Part shown: one piece after another, positions 1 through 14,300 of the stretch | Numbering within the stretch: the first letter of the stretch is position 1 | Layout: each line of letters starts with the position of its first letter | Source: Octopus bimaculoides | Taxonomy: Eukaryota | Length of the DNA stretch: 64,000 nucleotides | NCBI RefSeq assembly: GCF_001194135.2 | Contig: NC_068982.1 | Location: forward strand, 119,028,558-119,092,557 | Reading direction: 5' to 3' | The notes under the pieces: model-generated | Told to the model about the DNA's origin: nothing | Databases searched by the model: none | The model's input: the letters and a program-made list of their open reading frames with translations, nothing else | Position numbers and translations under genes: made by a program

Positions 1-1616
1 TGTTAGCAAGTAATGCTGTTAAAAATGCGAATAAAATTCTAAATTGAGTGAGTGGAACTTGTGAATTATAAGCTTCATTTTATAAGCTTCTGTTACTATC
101 TGTCACTCACTACGCCAATATTACGCAATGAAGTTTTCTGCGAGTTTAACTGAATAGAATATTCAAGACCAAAAAGTGGGAATAAAGTAAGTTTAGAGAA
201 CCAATGAGTGTTTTAGCATTAGATGGAATCCAAAGTATGCAAAGAGTGGGTGTGGTTTAGAGCCAGAGAGTACGATGAAAATGATAACGCGAAGGAAAGA
301 AGAAAGACATTCTTTTCGATATAGTGAATGGCAGGCGAATGTATTGCGGTGACGACAGATTTCAGCAGACTACTAGCTTGCTGTCGTCCAGATTTATACG
401 GGTAGATGGCAAGCGGCGCGGGGTGAGGGGTCGTTTGAATGAAGGACACTGGTGCTTACGCAGGCGCATATAGATTCACACATACATATACAACCCACCG
501 CTGACAGACTTATTCAAACACATGTGGTCATCTACACTAGCCCACACCAACACACTGAAGTATAATTTAGAATACATAAGTACCCACACATATAAGAAAA
601 ACTACAACATACATATATATATATATATATATATGTGTGTGTATATATATATATATCATGTNNNNNNNNNNNNNNNNNNNNNNNNNNNNNNNNNNNNNNN
701 NNNNNNNNNNNNNNNNNNNNNNNNNNNNNNNNNNNNNNNNNNNNNNNNNNNNNNNNNNNNNNNNNNNNNNNNNNNNNNNNNNNNNNNNNNNNNNNNNNNN
801 NNNNNNNNNNNNNNNNNNNNNNNNNNNNNNNNNNNNNNNNNNNNNNNNNNNNNNNNNNNNNNNNNNNNNNNNNNNNNNNNNNNNNNNNNNNNNNNNNNNN
901 NNNNNNNNNNNNNNNNNNNNNNNNNNNNNNNNNNNNNNNNNNNNNNNNNNNNNNNNNNNNNNNNNNNNNNNNNNNNNNNNNNNNNNNNNNNNNNNNNNNN
1001 NNNNNNNNNNNNNNNNNNNNNNNNNNNNNNNNNNNNNNNNNNNNNNNNNNNNNNNNNNNNNNNNNNNNNNNNNNNNNNNNNNNNNNNNNNNNNNNNNNNN
1101 NNNNNNNNNNNNNNNNNNNNNNNNNNNNNNNNNNNNNNNNNNNNNNNNNNNNNNNNNNNNNNNNNNNNNNNNNNNNNNNNNNNNNNNNNNNNNNNNNNNN
1201 NNNNNNNNNNNNNNNNNNNNNNNNNNNNNNNNNNNNNNNNNNNNNNNNNNNNNNNNNNNNNNNNNNNNNNNNNNNNNNNNNNNNNNNNNNNNNNNNNNNN
1301 NNNNNNNNNNNNNNNNNNNNNNNNNNNNNNNNNNNNNNNNNNNNNNNNNNNNNNNNNNNNNNNNNNNNNNNNNNNNNNNNNNNNNNNNNNNNNNNNNNNN
1401 NNNNNNNNNNNNNNNNNNNNNNNNNNNNNNNNNNNNNNNNNNNNNNNNNNNNNNNNNNNNNNNNNNNNNNNNNNNNNNNNNNNNNNNNNNNNNNNNNNNN
1501 NNNNNNNNNNNNNNNNNNNNNNNNNNNNNNNNNNNNNNTGAATAGCATATGGAAATCGGTATTGAGGAAGGAAAGAAAAATAATAGATTTATAAGCCTTA
1601 AAATTCACCCCATAAT

Positions 1617-1874
1617 TGCCCACGGGCATATGGCGTAGTGGTTAAGAGCGCGGGCTACTAACCCCAAGGTTCCGAGTTCGATTCGCGGCAGCGACCTGAT
1701 TAATAATAGTAATAATAATAATAATAAATAATAATAGTAACATTGTTAGGAATAAGAACCCAGGTTCGAAATTTCCCCAAGACACCTGACGAAGGCTGGA
1801 GAGTATATCAGCCGAAACGTTGTGTTAACAACAAACAAGATGAGGAAAAATATCCGTCAAATGTAAATAATGTA

Positions 1875-1880
<6 letters not shown>
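1617..1880 (+). mobile_element. tRNA-headed, hammerhead-containing SINE-like element, copy A
   Basis: A box TGGCGTAGTGG and B box GAGTTCGATTC in a tRNA-like head, then (AAT)n, the conserved block TTAGGAATAAGAACCCAGGTTCGAAATTTCCCCAAGACAC, a hammerhead core, and a tail ending AATGTAAATAATGTAAATAAT. Homologous to copies at 14.1, 21.4, 21.7 and 29.4 kb. Confidence 0.9.
1781..1826 (+). ncRNA. minimal type I hammerhead ribozyme (copy A)
   Basis: GACAC-CTGACGA-A-GGCTG(loop)CAGCC-GAAA-CGT-T/GTGTT. Helix I is GACAC:GTGTT, helix II is 5 bp, helix III is the palindrome ACGT; predicted cleavage after 1821. Confidence 0.75.
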
Positions 1881-1904
<24 letters not shown>

Positions 1905-1912
<8 letters not shown>

Positions 1913-2095
1913 GTGTATGCTTGTCCCCCACTGATGCTGGTATGTCTCCGTAAATTAGCGTTTCGGCAAAAGTTACCGATAACTACCAGGTTTGCAAAGA
2001 ATAAGACATGGTGTTGATTTCTCCGACTAACAACCTTTAAGGTGGTACTCTAGTATGGCCACAGTCAAATGTCCGAAACAAGTAAAAGAATATAG
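1905..2095 (+). mobile_element. 3' part of octopus OR1-type (CORE-like) SINE
   Basis: Matches the tail of the copies at 22.7-23.2 kb and 55.8-56.2 kb (GGTGGTACTC(C/T)AG(C/T)AT...GAAACAAGTAAAAGA). Family name from memory. Confidence 0.6.
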
Positions 2096-3459
2096 AGATC
2101 TAGATAGATAGATGGATAGAAATCGAGGCTCAATGCTAGTTATTGAATTCCTAGTACAATGTGTACTATGGGTTCCCACAAATCTTCGTTTGACCCAAAC
2201 TGTGGTTCAAATGAAGTGTATGGTATAATACATTTGCCGAAGATGCTGCAGACTATGAACCCGTAACCTCATGGTCGTGGAGAAAATTTCTGAACCATGT
2301 TAGTATGTCTGCGCATAGAAGTAGAAACTACCATAGAAAAACTCATAGTTACTCACTCATAGTACCCTATATGCACCCATACACACATGCATATAAGTTA
2401 CAAGTAGGTATACACTCTGTATGCCCATGCAAATGTTTACACATGCGCACACAAAATTGATTGAGCGCTCCCCTCTAATTACTGGTACTATTTATAACTC
2501 AGAAATATTTTCAATAAATAATATCATGCATTCCTTCCACCACTCTTACACTTATTAGTAACATATGCATAGATAAATATATTAATATATTGTCATAAGG
2601 CAATACTGGTAGCTTCTTATATGCATATATATATATATATATATACATATATTTGTGTGTGTGCGTGTGTGTGTGTGTTTGCGTGTGTATAGAATGAGCA
2701 AATCATGTATATACAGCAGAATAATATAAGTGGAGGTAGTGGAGTAATAATAAGTTGATGGTAGTGGTGCGGAGAGATTACGAGAAAGATATCAAAAGAA
2801 CACACCATATTGAATTATCCATACTTTATTGTCATACCTCAACCGAATAATTTCTGTATCCGTGAAAGAACATTCTCATGCACAGACAAACACACGCAAA
2901 AACTAAGACTGATGATATATATACATATATATACATATATATATATATATATNNNNNNNNNNATACACCTATTCACATAATCATGTAAATGGGTTCCCTC
3001 TTTTCTTAAATATTCCCATACATAATCGAATTTAAACATTTTGTAACGTAGCACTGATTTATTGTTTGTCTTTGTCTTTCTCTCTCGTATCCTCTACCAT
3101 CTTCACGCCCATTATTTTCAATTCAATAGCTTTCGAAGATCAATTCCGCCCCACTCACCGGTTTCATCGATTTTAATGCTTTCTGATCAAACATTCTGTT
3201 CTTTTTCAACTATCTCATTTTTCTTTCTTAATATCACCATTTCAAAATGGCTTATACGTCCATTTATACTATTTTTGTTGTCTTATTGTTTGTTTTTACC
3301 TTCTTATTGGTGTTATTGTCGTGATGGTGCGATGGTTTCTTGTTTGTGTTTGTGGTATTCTTGATGTTAATGCTATTGCTTATAGATTTGGTAATTTTCA
3401 TTATTTTCTGCATTTTGTACACCCTATGTTTAAGTGATTGATTTGTTTATTATTCATTA

Positions 3460-3460
3460 T

Positions 3461-3513
<53 letters not shown>

Positions 3514-3687
3514 CATAGATGCATATACGTATTTCTATATACAGAGAGAGGAAGCTAGATATGCATATATATATATAGAGAGAGAGGAATGGATAAACAC
3601 ACGTGTTCATACGTACATGCATGCATACATGCATACATATATATACGTACATATATATATGTGTGTGTATATACACATACACACGCA

Positions 3688-3780
<93 letters not shown>
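3460..3780. repeat. compound microsatellite (AG)n/(AT)n/(CA)n
   Basis: Directly visible; source of several spurious low-complexity ORFs. Confidence 0.95.
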
Positions 3781-3783
<3 letters not shown>

Positions 3784-5420
3784 GCGTAGCATTGTTTCTC
3801 AAGTGATAAAATAATTCTACTATGCATCGATTCCCGGATTAAAATGGTAATTTGTGTTTAAGCAATTTTAGAAGAAGTACAATATTTACAATATAGCTGA
3901 AGTTCGTGTAGCATTAGTTGTAAATATGCATTCATAAATGTGATGCCTCGTGGCAGAATATTGCCTGTGTCTATCCATCCGTAAGCGAATATGGTGTAAA
4001 TTGATTTATATTAGTGTCATTATTTACATTTTAAATATTTTTTCTTTCTTTGTTTCTCCTGTTATTGTTTTAGTTACAGTGTATAGCATGGATAGTTTCC
4101 GCATGTAAATGGAGTTAAGCAGATGTGAAATTGCTATGAAATGATTTTAATCTCCGTTTAAATTATTATAAAACGATCACATAGCTGAATACAATACGAA
4201 CACTGATTCTCAAAACAACGTGACTTCAATGAGTACTTTACGAATTAATGGAGTAACATCTCGGAAGTATGTGCGGCCTGCTATAAATAGAAGTTTAATA
4301 GCTATCAGATCAAAAACTTTCATATTTGATAAGCTAGTGCACGTTAGATAGGGCAACCCTCGATACCCTTCAGCTAAATATAAATAATACCATATCTTCA
4401 GTATTGCATTTGATCATAGGTCTTTTCCATTTGAGACGAAATTTTCGCACTCTGATCTATGTATTTACCGCACTTTGACAAATTATGCAAGAAATTTCTC
4501 AGCTAAGATTCCGTTGCAATAAGTTTCCCATTTTACTCGGTTGACAATATGATTGTCATAAAACTTCTCGATGTATGTGACCGTTTTCATTCAGCTCATT
4601 CATTGAATTGTTAACTTTGCCAGTACTAAAACGCAATGATAACCTCCAATCTGTCCATTGTTGTCTCCTTACATAATAGAAAACCATGTTCATGAAATGG
4701 GTTCTTTCAATTTTATACACAATACAGACTGGGATAAATAACCTGACACCTATTGTTAGACTGAAATCTGACGCAATTTGTGTAATTTTCGTACACGTCT
4801 ACCTTGTATCAGTTCTGATGAAGATTTTTCATGTTGTTCAATCAACTGAATTAAATAGAAATTTATTTCAAGCATGTAAGTGGCTAAACTTTCCACGGGT
4901 ACATTTATTGTTAGCATAACTCCCAACTAAAACTAATGTGATGCAGCATATGACAAGGTCGCAATTTTGAATTTCAGATAAACTTCGTGTGGTGGACTAT
5001 GTGTGAATTTCATATAATTTCCCTTATAATTTGAACCAAATTTGTAGATAGTGTTAACTGCCCAATATGCCACTCTTTAGGAACAAAGACGACATCTCGT
5101 TGTTTTAATGTAAACTTATAAAAAAAATCTGTCATACTGCGTCGCCGATGTCATCTACAGAAACGGTAAATACATGAATGACGTTACGGGTAACTTGATG
5201 GGATGTTCTTCTAACTCAGTTGGAACGAGGAATAATAAAAGAAATCTCATGAGTCATTTATTCTTTCCTGGTGCATAAATGTTGATGAATTTGGCTCCAC
5301 GAGAAATCAACAATAGTATAACGTCACATTTGAGAGGACAACGACTTAAATTCAAGAAAATGAAGTACAGAATTGATTCATTTAGATTAAATATGAAATG
5401 ATTTTCTAACTTCCAAATCC

Positions 5421-5455
<35 letters not shown>

Positions 5456-8400
5456 CTATATTTCAAAATTTGGTTGATCAAACAATATAAAAGAAAACCA
5501 AAGTCGACTCTAGAGAGGAAAGTATTTCATCAGAGCCTACCTTTGTAATGTGTTTTACCAGGGCCGTGGATTTGGATGGTGATATCTAACCTTAGTCTAT
5601 TTGAATCCTGATTTAGACCGTCACCTAATGGATCTATGACAAGAAGGCATTTCGCAATTGATAAATGTAAAATCTAACAGAATCTGAAGTAAGTTATCAG
5701 GCATACGTCAGTAACAATGCTAAATGTAAGTTACATTATTTGGATGGGTTTCTATACGATATTTTGAGATTCGTTTGCAAAGGATGCACATAGAGATGAG
5801 TTCTGAAAGTAATTAGGATTGTTGTTGGATATATTGTGGAGTGATGAGTAGTTGATAGAGTCAAAGTCTGGAAGATAGCCTGGGACATAGCCAAAACATA
5901 GCCAAACAATATGTATGGCTGTGGTAATGAAGACCTCAACTATAAACATGTTATGTGATATAGTTTACTTATATTTACTTGTCACGCTTAATCCAATATT
6001 CCTCAAAGTAATGTGATTCTTTTCCAGTTCACCAAGAATGCCCAGACCTTTGCGTTTCAGTGTACTTAAAATGAATGAAACACACCCTCTTCAACAAACA
6101 AAACAAGAGAAAGCAGCAGCGTGGTAATAATAAATCACATTATCACAGAAAAAAGTCCAGTATGGGGTTGCACCTTCCCATCATGTGTCTGTATCCACCA
6201 TTTCTCGGTATTTGCTCTTGTCGTGCTAGGCAACACTACGAGCAGTATCCCTGTCAGTCCTCATCTCTACGAGGTACTTTCTCGTACGCTGTGTGTATGT
6301 GGCATGCGGCCGACCAACGTAAGCCGTCGCCTAAGTCGGATTCACAAAGAAAAGAACACGATATGCTTGATCAAACTTGAACGATCGAGCAACATGATCA
6401 GACAATTTAAGCTGATGATTCAGAATCATACATAAGAACGAATATCCTACTTTCTGAGTTAAGTCATTGGTTCGATTCAAAATTGAACTAATGCTAAACC
6501 TATTAGCCTACGAATTGTCCTAGTATGAACGGAGTTTAAGCTGTTCCTAAGGGCCTTGACAGTATACAAGTCTCGCAACTATAGAGCAAGACAAGAAGGA
6601 CTAGGCGCAAAAAGATCCGAAATTTTGTCCTCTTGCTCAGATATCAGCAGCGTCAAAACTGCACCAGCAATCTCAAATCACTTCAACCCTTCGGTTTCAT
6701 GGTAAATGCTGCTATGGATCACACTGCGAAGTGAAGAGGTCAGCAACTTCGACATTATCATCCGCAAGAAAGACAGATATATGTGATGGATACATAACTG
6801 CCACTACTTCCAATACATTCTTAATCAATTTCAGGAAAATCAACTCTTACACAATTAGAAATCTCCATTACCATCAACTCCCACAAGAGTCAGATCCCTG
6901 GCTATTAAATCTCACCAAAAGCAAATGCCATCACAGTTAACAGAAGACTATGAACTATCACCACAACACCATCAAGTTCCACTGTTACTAACTAGTACCA
7001 ACACAATCTATAATGTCAGTAACAGTAATACGGAAACGAAAACCACCTATTATGCTAAGTGGTCTTATCTAAGGATAGGATCGATTGAATACTATGTAGA
7101 TTTCTTCCTAATAATAACTTTTAATTCTCCATCGTCATAAAAAAAAGTTTATTTGGCGGATCAATTTTCTGTTTCAGGTTTCCTTTATCTTTTCTGTTAT
7201 TTGTTTTATATTAGGCTAAAAAACATTGCCTTTATGATCTTCTCTCTGATTTAATATCTGAATAATTGTTTGTAATTGGTTCCTTCCATCTGTTGCTTTG
7301 AAGTGTTTGTCTTCTTTCTTAATCAATTTTATACACCACTAAATGTTACAAATTTGTATTTAAAACAAAACATCATTTCAATCTTTTTATTTATTTATTG
7401 TTTTTTTGTTTCCTAAGGTAAAATCATAATCATATAAACTCTTCCCCTATCACTGTGTTGACCAGTATCTTTAATACTAAGAAAACCACAATCACAGCAC
7501 CATAGTCATAGCAGCGCCAGCCACAGAGGACAAAATTTACATGGTCTTTTGGCATGCTGGAAATAACAGCCAATCCCTGCAAATAGCATTTTACGATTTA
7601 GTAAAAGAATGCTGACTATGGGTAATGTAACACTAGATATTCCGCGAAAGAAACAAAATAGCCTTGGTTGATTCATTTGTAATCTGGGTCTCCCTGAGTT
7701 AAACATCAAAAACAATGACAGCACATTCATACACGATCAATCAAAATATTTTTCATGTAGTTTTGAGAAATCGAATTTAGTAAAGGAATCTTCTTGAACA
7801 ACCAAGCTCATTTAATTTATAAATCTGCCTAAAATAAAAAAAAAATGGAACATCGACATCATGTGCTCAGGATATCTCTGTTCCCGACTAAAAACTTTTT
7901 CATGTTCTTTACACCAACACGGTTCCCAAAAAATGAACGATCTCGACTTTCACCATTTACATACATAAGACTGATTGCGACTACTTTTGGACAAGAAAAA
8001 AAAATTATTGTAGTAATTCTTGGGGATGGGAAATTAAAGTTGTACAGTTGGGCATTTTACGAATTAGCTTTTCTGTTTAAGTGAATATGACAACAGAATC
8101 CGATTAACCTCAAGTTTCTACTACACGTATTTTGAAATCAAATCAATATTGGTGGGAAAGAGAAGCGTATCGTGACCAGGTAATGCGAAATAAAAACAAT
8201 CTTTTAAAAAATCATTTTCTTGGTTTTACTATTTTCAGACTTATGGAAATTACTTGAAATCCATACTTTATTATTCGTATCAGCGAATGAGTCACTCTGT
8301 AGTCTTGGAAGCAAGAAGATACACTTTCTTGGGATACACTTTCTAGATACACTTTTCTTTGGAAAAGGGCCGCATTATATATTATAGTTTTACATTCCTC

Positions 8401-10209
8401 CAGTTTGAATAATAGACACCTCAGTCACAGTTGTTAACGGTCTTATGCGTTTTTCGGCAGTATGACTGACCTGGGACTAGCAAAGAAAAGGATCAGCAGT
8501 ATAAAGTGAAATATAGCACTTCGCATTATAATGCTCTATTATTTAAGATTATACAACTATCATAACATAGAGAATTTTAACGTATGCATATTTTGTAGAT
8601 AACTTAATAATCACTGAGTAGACATCAGTGTATATTTTTGGCAAATATCCGAAATACATTCAAGTGAAGAAATTGGAAATGAGCAGAGTCTAGCAAACAT
8701 GATGCCATAAAGCTTCTGAAATACATTATAAGCATAGACACATACATTTGTGTGCTTGTGCGTGTATATATATATAGAGAGAGAGGTACGTATATATATA
8801 CATACACATATACATACACACATCTATATACATCTATCTATCCATCTCTTCTATTCTATCTATCTATCTATCATATATATATATATATAATCATGACATT
8901 TGATACCTTTATAGATGGATTAGAATTTCGTTTTGAGCAAAGGTTAAATATTTGGCCTGTTAGAAGAACCAGGTAGTTACTGTTACTGCTCAGGTCATCT
9001 CTAATCGTGATGTATTATAAATGTCATTTCAATCGTAAGCAACCCATTCTATTATATTGTTTTTGTATTCAGATGTAGTTTATATCAAGAGGTTCATTTT
9101 TATGTGCCCTTTCTTTTCATTTTAATGGTGCAATGATTCATTGGATACTATTTATAGTAGGTTGTTCGAATGTTTAAGACACCCTTGTTCTTATCAGTAC
9201 TAAGCATTTTCGACGCATATTTAAAACGATTTTATTTATGTATTCCGTTAATAATCTTATGAGTAGTTGAATATTCAAAATACTTATTTGCCTGACGTAT
9301 TGCATTGGTAACTAGTTTAATACAAAGAATGAAATATGCGAGTTTGTCAAAGATTTTCACGCAGAAACATCTCTAAATTCAGATATAGTGAGAGATTTTA
9401 TTCAATGAATAATAAAATAATATTATTCCTACTCTCTGTGATAACATATTACAAACCAGTAATATATTTTTGACAGAATAATGGAAGACCAATCATCAAA
9501 TCAGGCCCTATACTCTCTTATTATTTATCAGGAAATGGTACTGCGGCGTTATAACATTTACTGAATAACTCATGCTAGAGATAACAGATAAAACTATCTT
9601 AAGCTATTTTATTTGTTTAACCAAACATTTATACGTTAAAATGCCAAAGAGATTAACTTGGATTTTAGTTCTCTCCGTTTCTTTATATTAATTAAGTACG
9701 TATAATGTATTGCTTCTATTAATTTACTGTCCGCACAGACGCCAGAAAAAAGGTTTTTATTTAAAGGAAACCACTCAATATAGTTGCTGTGACAATGAAA
9801 GCATCGGCAGCAATGTTTTATATCACACTGCAGAAAAATCATTAAAAAAACAATTGAACAAACAAATAACTTAATAAAGCAAAATGTAATTTCTTCTACT
9901 AATACTTCAATTTTTATTTGGCTGTATGCTGCAAAAGATTTAACATTATGATGAATGCGACTTGACTTTCATCTTAAATCGTACTTTATGAAAATCAATA
10001 ATTAAACTAAAGGAAGTATTATTTAAATTCGACAGGATATAATTTTCATTAATAAATTAATTGAATCCCCTAAAGAGTAACGCCATGAGATCTTTAACGT
10101 CGCTTTCTGTTAACGTTTTCCAACCAATCGTTGTAAGAATCGCCATTACCATGCAAAATCTAGGTTATATTGATAATGATGTTTGTCTTCCTTAGCATTA
10201 TCATCAGAA

Positions 10210-10243
10210 TCACCACCACCACCACCACCACCACCACCACAAC

Positions 10244-10310
<67 letters not shown>
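10210..10310. repeat. (CAC)n(CAT)n trinucleotide microsatellite
   Basis: Directly visible. Confidence 0.95.
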
Positions 10311-10499
10311 TTTGTTTCCTTTTGTAGTTGTTTTTATTATTATAATTTCATATATGCAGAACAGATTAGACTGTTAGACAAGAAAAAGATTTCCTAATTT
10401 CGGACTACAAGTAAGCTTTGATGCCAATAATTCTCCTAAGTATCCTAATGTCCCTAATAACACTGTTTTCTGGAGCTATTATTATTATTGTTGATCCTT

Positions 10500-11400
10500 T
10501 TCTTTTTTCTTTTTTTTTTTTTTTGCTTTTCCTCGGGTTCGATCTCTATCCTGGTAGGATTTGTATAGATAGTGGGTTACTACTAGTAATCATAGGTATC
10601 CACAAGTTTTCAGTAGCATTTCAAGTACGTAGTGCGCTCCTGATAATCTTTGCTGTCCCTAAGAGACAAGCATTTTGTAGGAGCTCTACTGAGGATTCTA
10701 TTCCGTTCTCCTACAGCCATATCTATTTTTACTTACTGTTCCCAAACAACCATTTGTTATAGGCACGACTTTGGCAGTTTTCATATTCCAGGTTCTTCCT
10801 ATTTCAAATGTTAATGGATAGTTTTTCTTTCGCCTTTTGTTTTTCCTCTGCTTTCTTTCCAATCATGGAATCAAACGGACATGATGGGTCGATTAGTAAG
10901 CAACTTCGCTTTTCCTCCTCTATAATTATTATGTCCGGTCTATTATTTTCTGACTTCTCGTCCGTTTGAATAGAAAAGTCCCACAGAATCTTACATTTTT
11001 CCAGCTCCAGTACTTTTACGACCCGATGATTGTACCATGTATTTCCAGCTTCAAGTCCCCATTTCTGGCAAAGTTTCTTGTGTAAAACATTTACAACCTG
11101 GTCGTACCTCAATTTCTTGTACTCTTCCTGTTGCACCTTGAGGCATTCCGTCACAATGTTCTACATTTTTCTGACACTTTCTCTCCATATATATATTTTT
11201 CTCAAGTTGTTTGTTCTTATCGCTTGATCTTAGGTTGCTATGATATGACTTTCTGATTCTTTTTTAATTGCCCCTTTTTAACCAAGATCTGATTTTCATT
11301 CCATATACTTCTTCAGTAGCTCTCCAGAATTAACCATGCAGTGGTTTCTCTTCATCTCTCTGAGTGCTCCTTGTGAATTTTATACTTGTCTTTTTCCCCT
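10500..11400 (-). mobile_element. R4/Dong-clade non-LTR retrotransposon 3' fragment (CCHC knuckle plus restriction-like endonuclease), degenerate
   Basis: ORF 10804-11154 has KILWDFSIQTD..NNRPDIIII..CLLIDPSCPFD (REL PD-D motif). Downstream frame reads LLQNACLLGTAKIIRSAL; upstream reads ESESHIIAT*DQAIRTNN. Confidence 0.9.
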
Positions 11401-11990
11401 ATTACGCGCTTCATCACATCTTTTCCTCAGTCATAACGTATCTATTTTATGTTGTTGAAAGAACACCGGAGAAAACTTCTACGTATCAGTTTCAGTTCTT
11501 CTTTTTCGCAAATAAAAAGTAAACAAAGAAAATAACAGGGAAAAAGGGAAAGAAAATTCACAGCGACAATACTCTTCTCAATGCGTGTGACGTACCAGTT
11601 AAGACAATCTTTTGCACTTTCTGTACGGATGGTAAGTCAGTGATTATTCTTAAATAATTTACAGTTCCTTTTTTGATCATTCCAAGTACTCCTACAATCA
11701 CTGCTGTTGTAACAGTCTCTTGATTTTGATGAGCAATTCTTTATATTTTTTTAGCTTACCAAACTCTTTTCCCGAGATATGATCACAGGGTATGCTCATG
11801 TCAATCAATATACAGACTTTATTGTTTTGGTCTTTCACAACGATATATGGTTTTTGCTTTGATGTTCCGGCTTGTACAAACTGGAAAGTCTCAATGGACA
11901 GTTACATTTTCTCCCACTGTTACAGCCCCAGCGTAACTCGATGTAACCGACAATGCCCCTTCCCGGAACTAATAACCTTGAAACCATGAT
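11400..11990 (-). mobile_element. R4/Dong-clade REL 3' fragment (second subfamily)
   Basis: Minus strand reads VIVGVLGMIKKGTVNYLRIITDLPSVQKVQKIVLTGTSHALRRVLSL*; the 5' end abuts (AAT)n. Confidence 0.85.
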
Positions 11991-12983
11991 TATTATTGTT
12001 CTTGTTTATTATTATTATTATCGTTATCCTTATCCTTATTGTTATTGTTGTTGCTGTTCTTATTGCTAAATGATCATATCCCATTATCTCGGATATCTTA
12101 AAACATAGTAAAATTTAAATTCTTAAATTAAAAGTGAAATATTGAAATGATTTAATTTTATTTAAAAACTAAATATATTCAAACGCTTGTGTAATATATT
12201 GACTGTTTTAGCTTTGTAGTGTTTGCCGTTACACTTCTTTACACGCATGTTATATCTGCTAATACCTTGTCTATCTAATGCCAGTCATTTCCTATTCGTA
12301 CTTATGCGTTTTAAAGTTGGAAGCGTGTTTTACACGCATGGGTTTCCCGTGCTGTTCCTGAGCCAGTGTCCACAGTAAACCACAACATATAAGCATTTTG
12401 AAGACAGTTTATATATCATTTATAAATTAAAGTATTCTCGTACATTACTGATGAGTAGCATATATCTAGGAAGAAGTAAGTGAGAAATACATTTAATTCA
12501 TACTCACCTTCCACTCACACAGTTTGCATTTTAGAAGAATACGGACACTTGTATTTTGCTTATATTTACTAAATTTTATATTTGATTTTTTTCTGCTGTT
12601 TTGACGATGCTGAATATTCCTCATTTAGATGGATTTCATTTTCTAGTGTTTAATAATAAATTATGGCTTAGATAATCATTTAATGTCAAATTCAAATGAC
12701 AAGATAAATTATTCCTTGAGAAATTTCCAGTTGCAAAATATAGTTATTATGGATATGAATTTGAAATATTTTTTGTCGATGATATTGTTTGCTTAATCTG
12801 TTAACTTTGAATAAATATTCGTTAAATATTCGTGGATTCACTGGAATCATTTCAGCGATACTCGGTTCAGCGACGTTTACGTAGTATCAAACTACCGTGT
12901 CCGGGGTGCTAAATTCTGATACATATTACATGATACCTATGCTCACATTACACTCCAAATGATCAGTCAACAATAATATTTCC

Positions 12984-13415
12984 AAGGCGGCGATCAGGCA
13001 GAAACGTTAGCACGCCGAGCGAAATGCTTAGCGGTATTTCGTCTGCCGCTACGTTCTGAGTTTAAATTCCGCCGAGGTCGACTTTGCCTTTCATCCTTTC
13101 GCGGTGGATTAAATTAGTACCAGTTACGCACTGGGGTCGATAAAATCGACTTAATCTGTTTGTCTGTCCTTGTTTGTCCCCTCTGTTTGTAGCCCCTTGT
13201 GGGCAGTAAAGAAATAAGAAACGTTAGCTCGCCGGGCGAAATGCTTAGCTATATTTCGTCTGTCTTTACGTTCTGAGTTCAAATTCCGCCTAGGTCGACT
13301 TTGCCTTTCATCTTTTCGGGTTCGATAAATTAAGTACCAGTTGCGTACTGAGGTCGATCTAATTGACTGGCCCCCTCCCCCAAAATTTTGGACCTTGTGC
13401 CTAGAGTAGAAAAGA
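12984..13415 (+). mobile_element. tandem dimer of octopus OK/OR2-type tRNA-derived SINE
   Basis: Two consecutive units with GTTCTGAGTT(C/T)AAATTCCGCC..GGTCGACTTTGCCTTTCATC..GATAAATTAAGTACCAGTT. Family name from memory. Confidence 0.85.
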
Positions 13416-14073
13416 ATAATAATATTTCTGTGTAGGTTCTGAACACGTAGCGATTACTGAAAATTTTTTTAATAGACCGATCAGTGTATCTGCTTTCATA
13501 CAGACGATGAGTAAGGCACAGAACTGTCGAGTTTTCACTACTTAACAATTAATGAGAACGAAATTTCCTATCAACTCTCTCTGAAATGTTGCTGTTGCAA
13601 ATAATCTTCACTTTATTCTACAAGGTTCTAAACTAACAATAGAATAGTTGATTGTCGTTTATCTTATCAGAGAGAATTTATACATGTGATACAATAAGGG
13701 AATTGCGATAATCAAATAATTAATTGAACTTTGGTCATCTACATATAGTGGGAACCTTGGGAACGAAAGACGGTCCAACAAGTCAAAAAGAATACCTTTC
13801 TCTTTTAGGGCACTGTTGTAAGGTTTCGTAATACCGGGTAATAAAGCAGCTACAAATTAATAGTTGTACACTTACTGAAATTTATCATTTAGTTAATTTA
13901 TATAATCTGCAGTACTGGAGACGTAACGATGAAACTCTGTATTGATAAAAGCGAGAGCGGGAGTCTAGCTTTGATGGTTTGCATGGAAATACGACGAAGT
14001 TGAGATGGATATTCTAAACATTTTCATCCCTAGACATAGGTGGATTTGTACGGCTTTCACTGACTTTACACTC

Positions 14074-14259
14074 CAGTTCTATATTTAAGAGATGAGGAAT
14101 TATGAACATTACTTACATTATTTACATTTGCCATATATTTGTCCTCTTCTTGTTTCTTTTTAACACAACATTTCGGCTGATGTACCCTCCAGCCTTCATT
14201 AGGTGTCTTGGGGAAATTTCGAACCTTGGTTCTCATTCCTAAGGTATTTTTAGATGTTG

Positions 14260-14300
<41 letters not shown>

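Noticed and set aside
522-1629. Long ORFs (300+ aa) here and at 32.4, 40.1, 44.4, 47.2, 50.5, 52.0, 53.1, 56.3 and 59.5 kb
   Set aside because: They run through N gaps and (AT)n/(CA)n repeats; artefacts.
1624-1697. Possible tRNA gene (also at 14.3, 21.7 and 29.5 kb)
   Set aside because: The acceptor and T stems do not close properly and the head is fused to a repeat body in every copy; it is a SINE head.
6075-6940. Cys/His-containing short ORFs and a TAPAISNHFNP motif reminiscent of a PLE endonuclease
   Set aside because: No supporting GIY-YIG or RT motifs could be traced; too weak to call.
12507-12625. Minus-strand open stretch ending at a strong AAG/GTGAGT donor
   Set aside because: No recognisable protein and no acceptor or partner exon.
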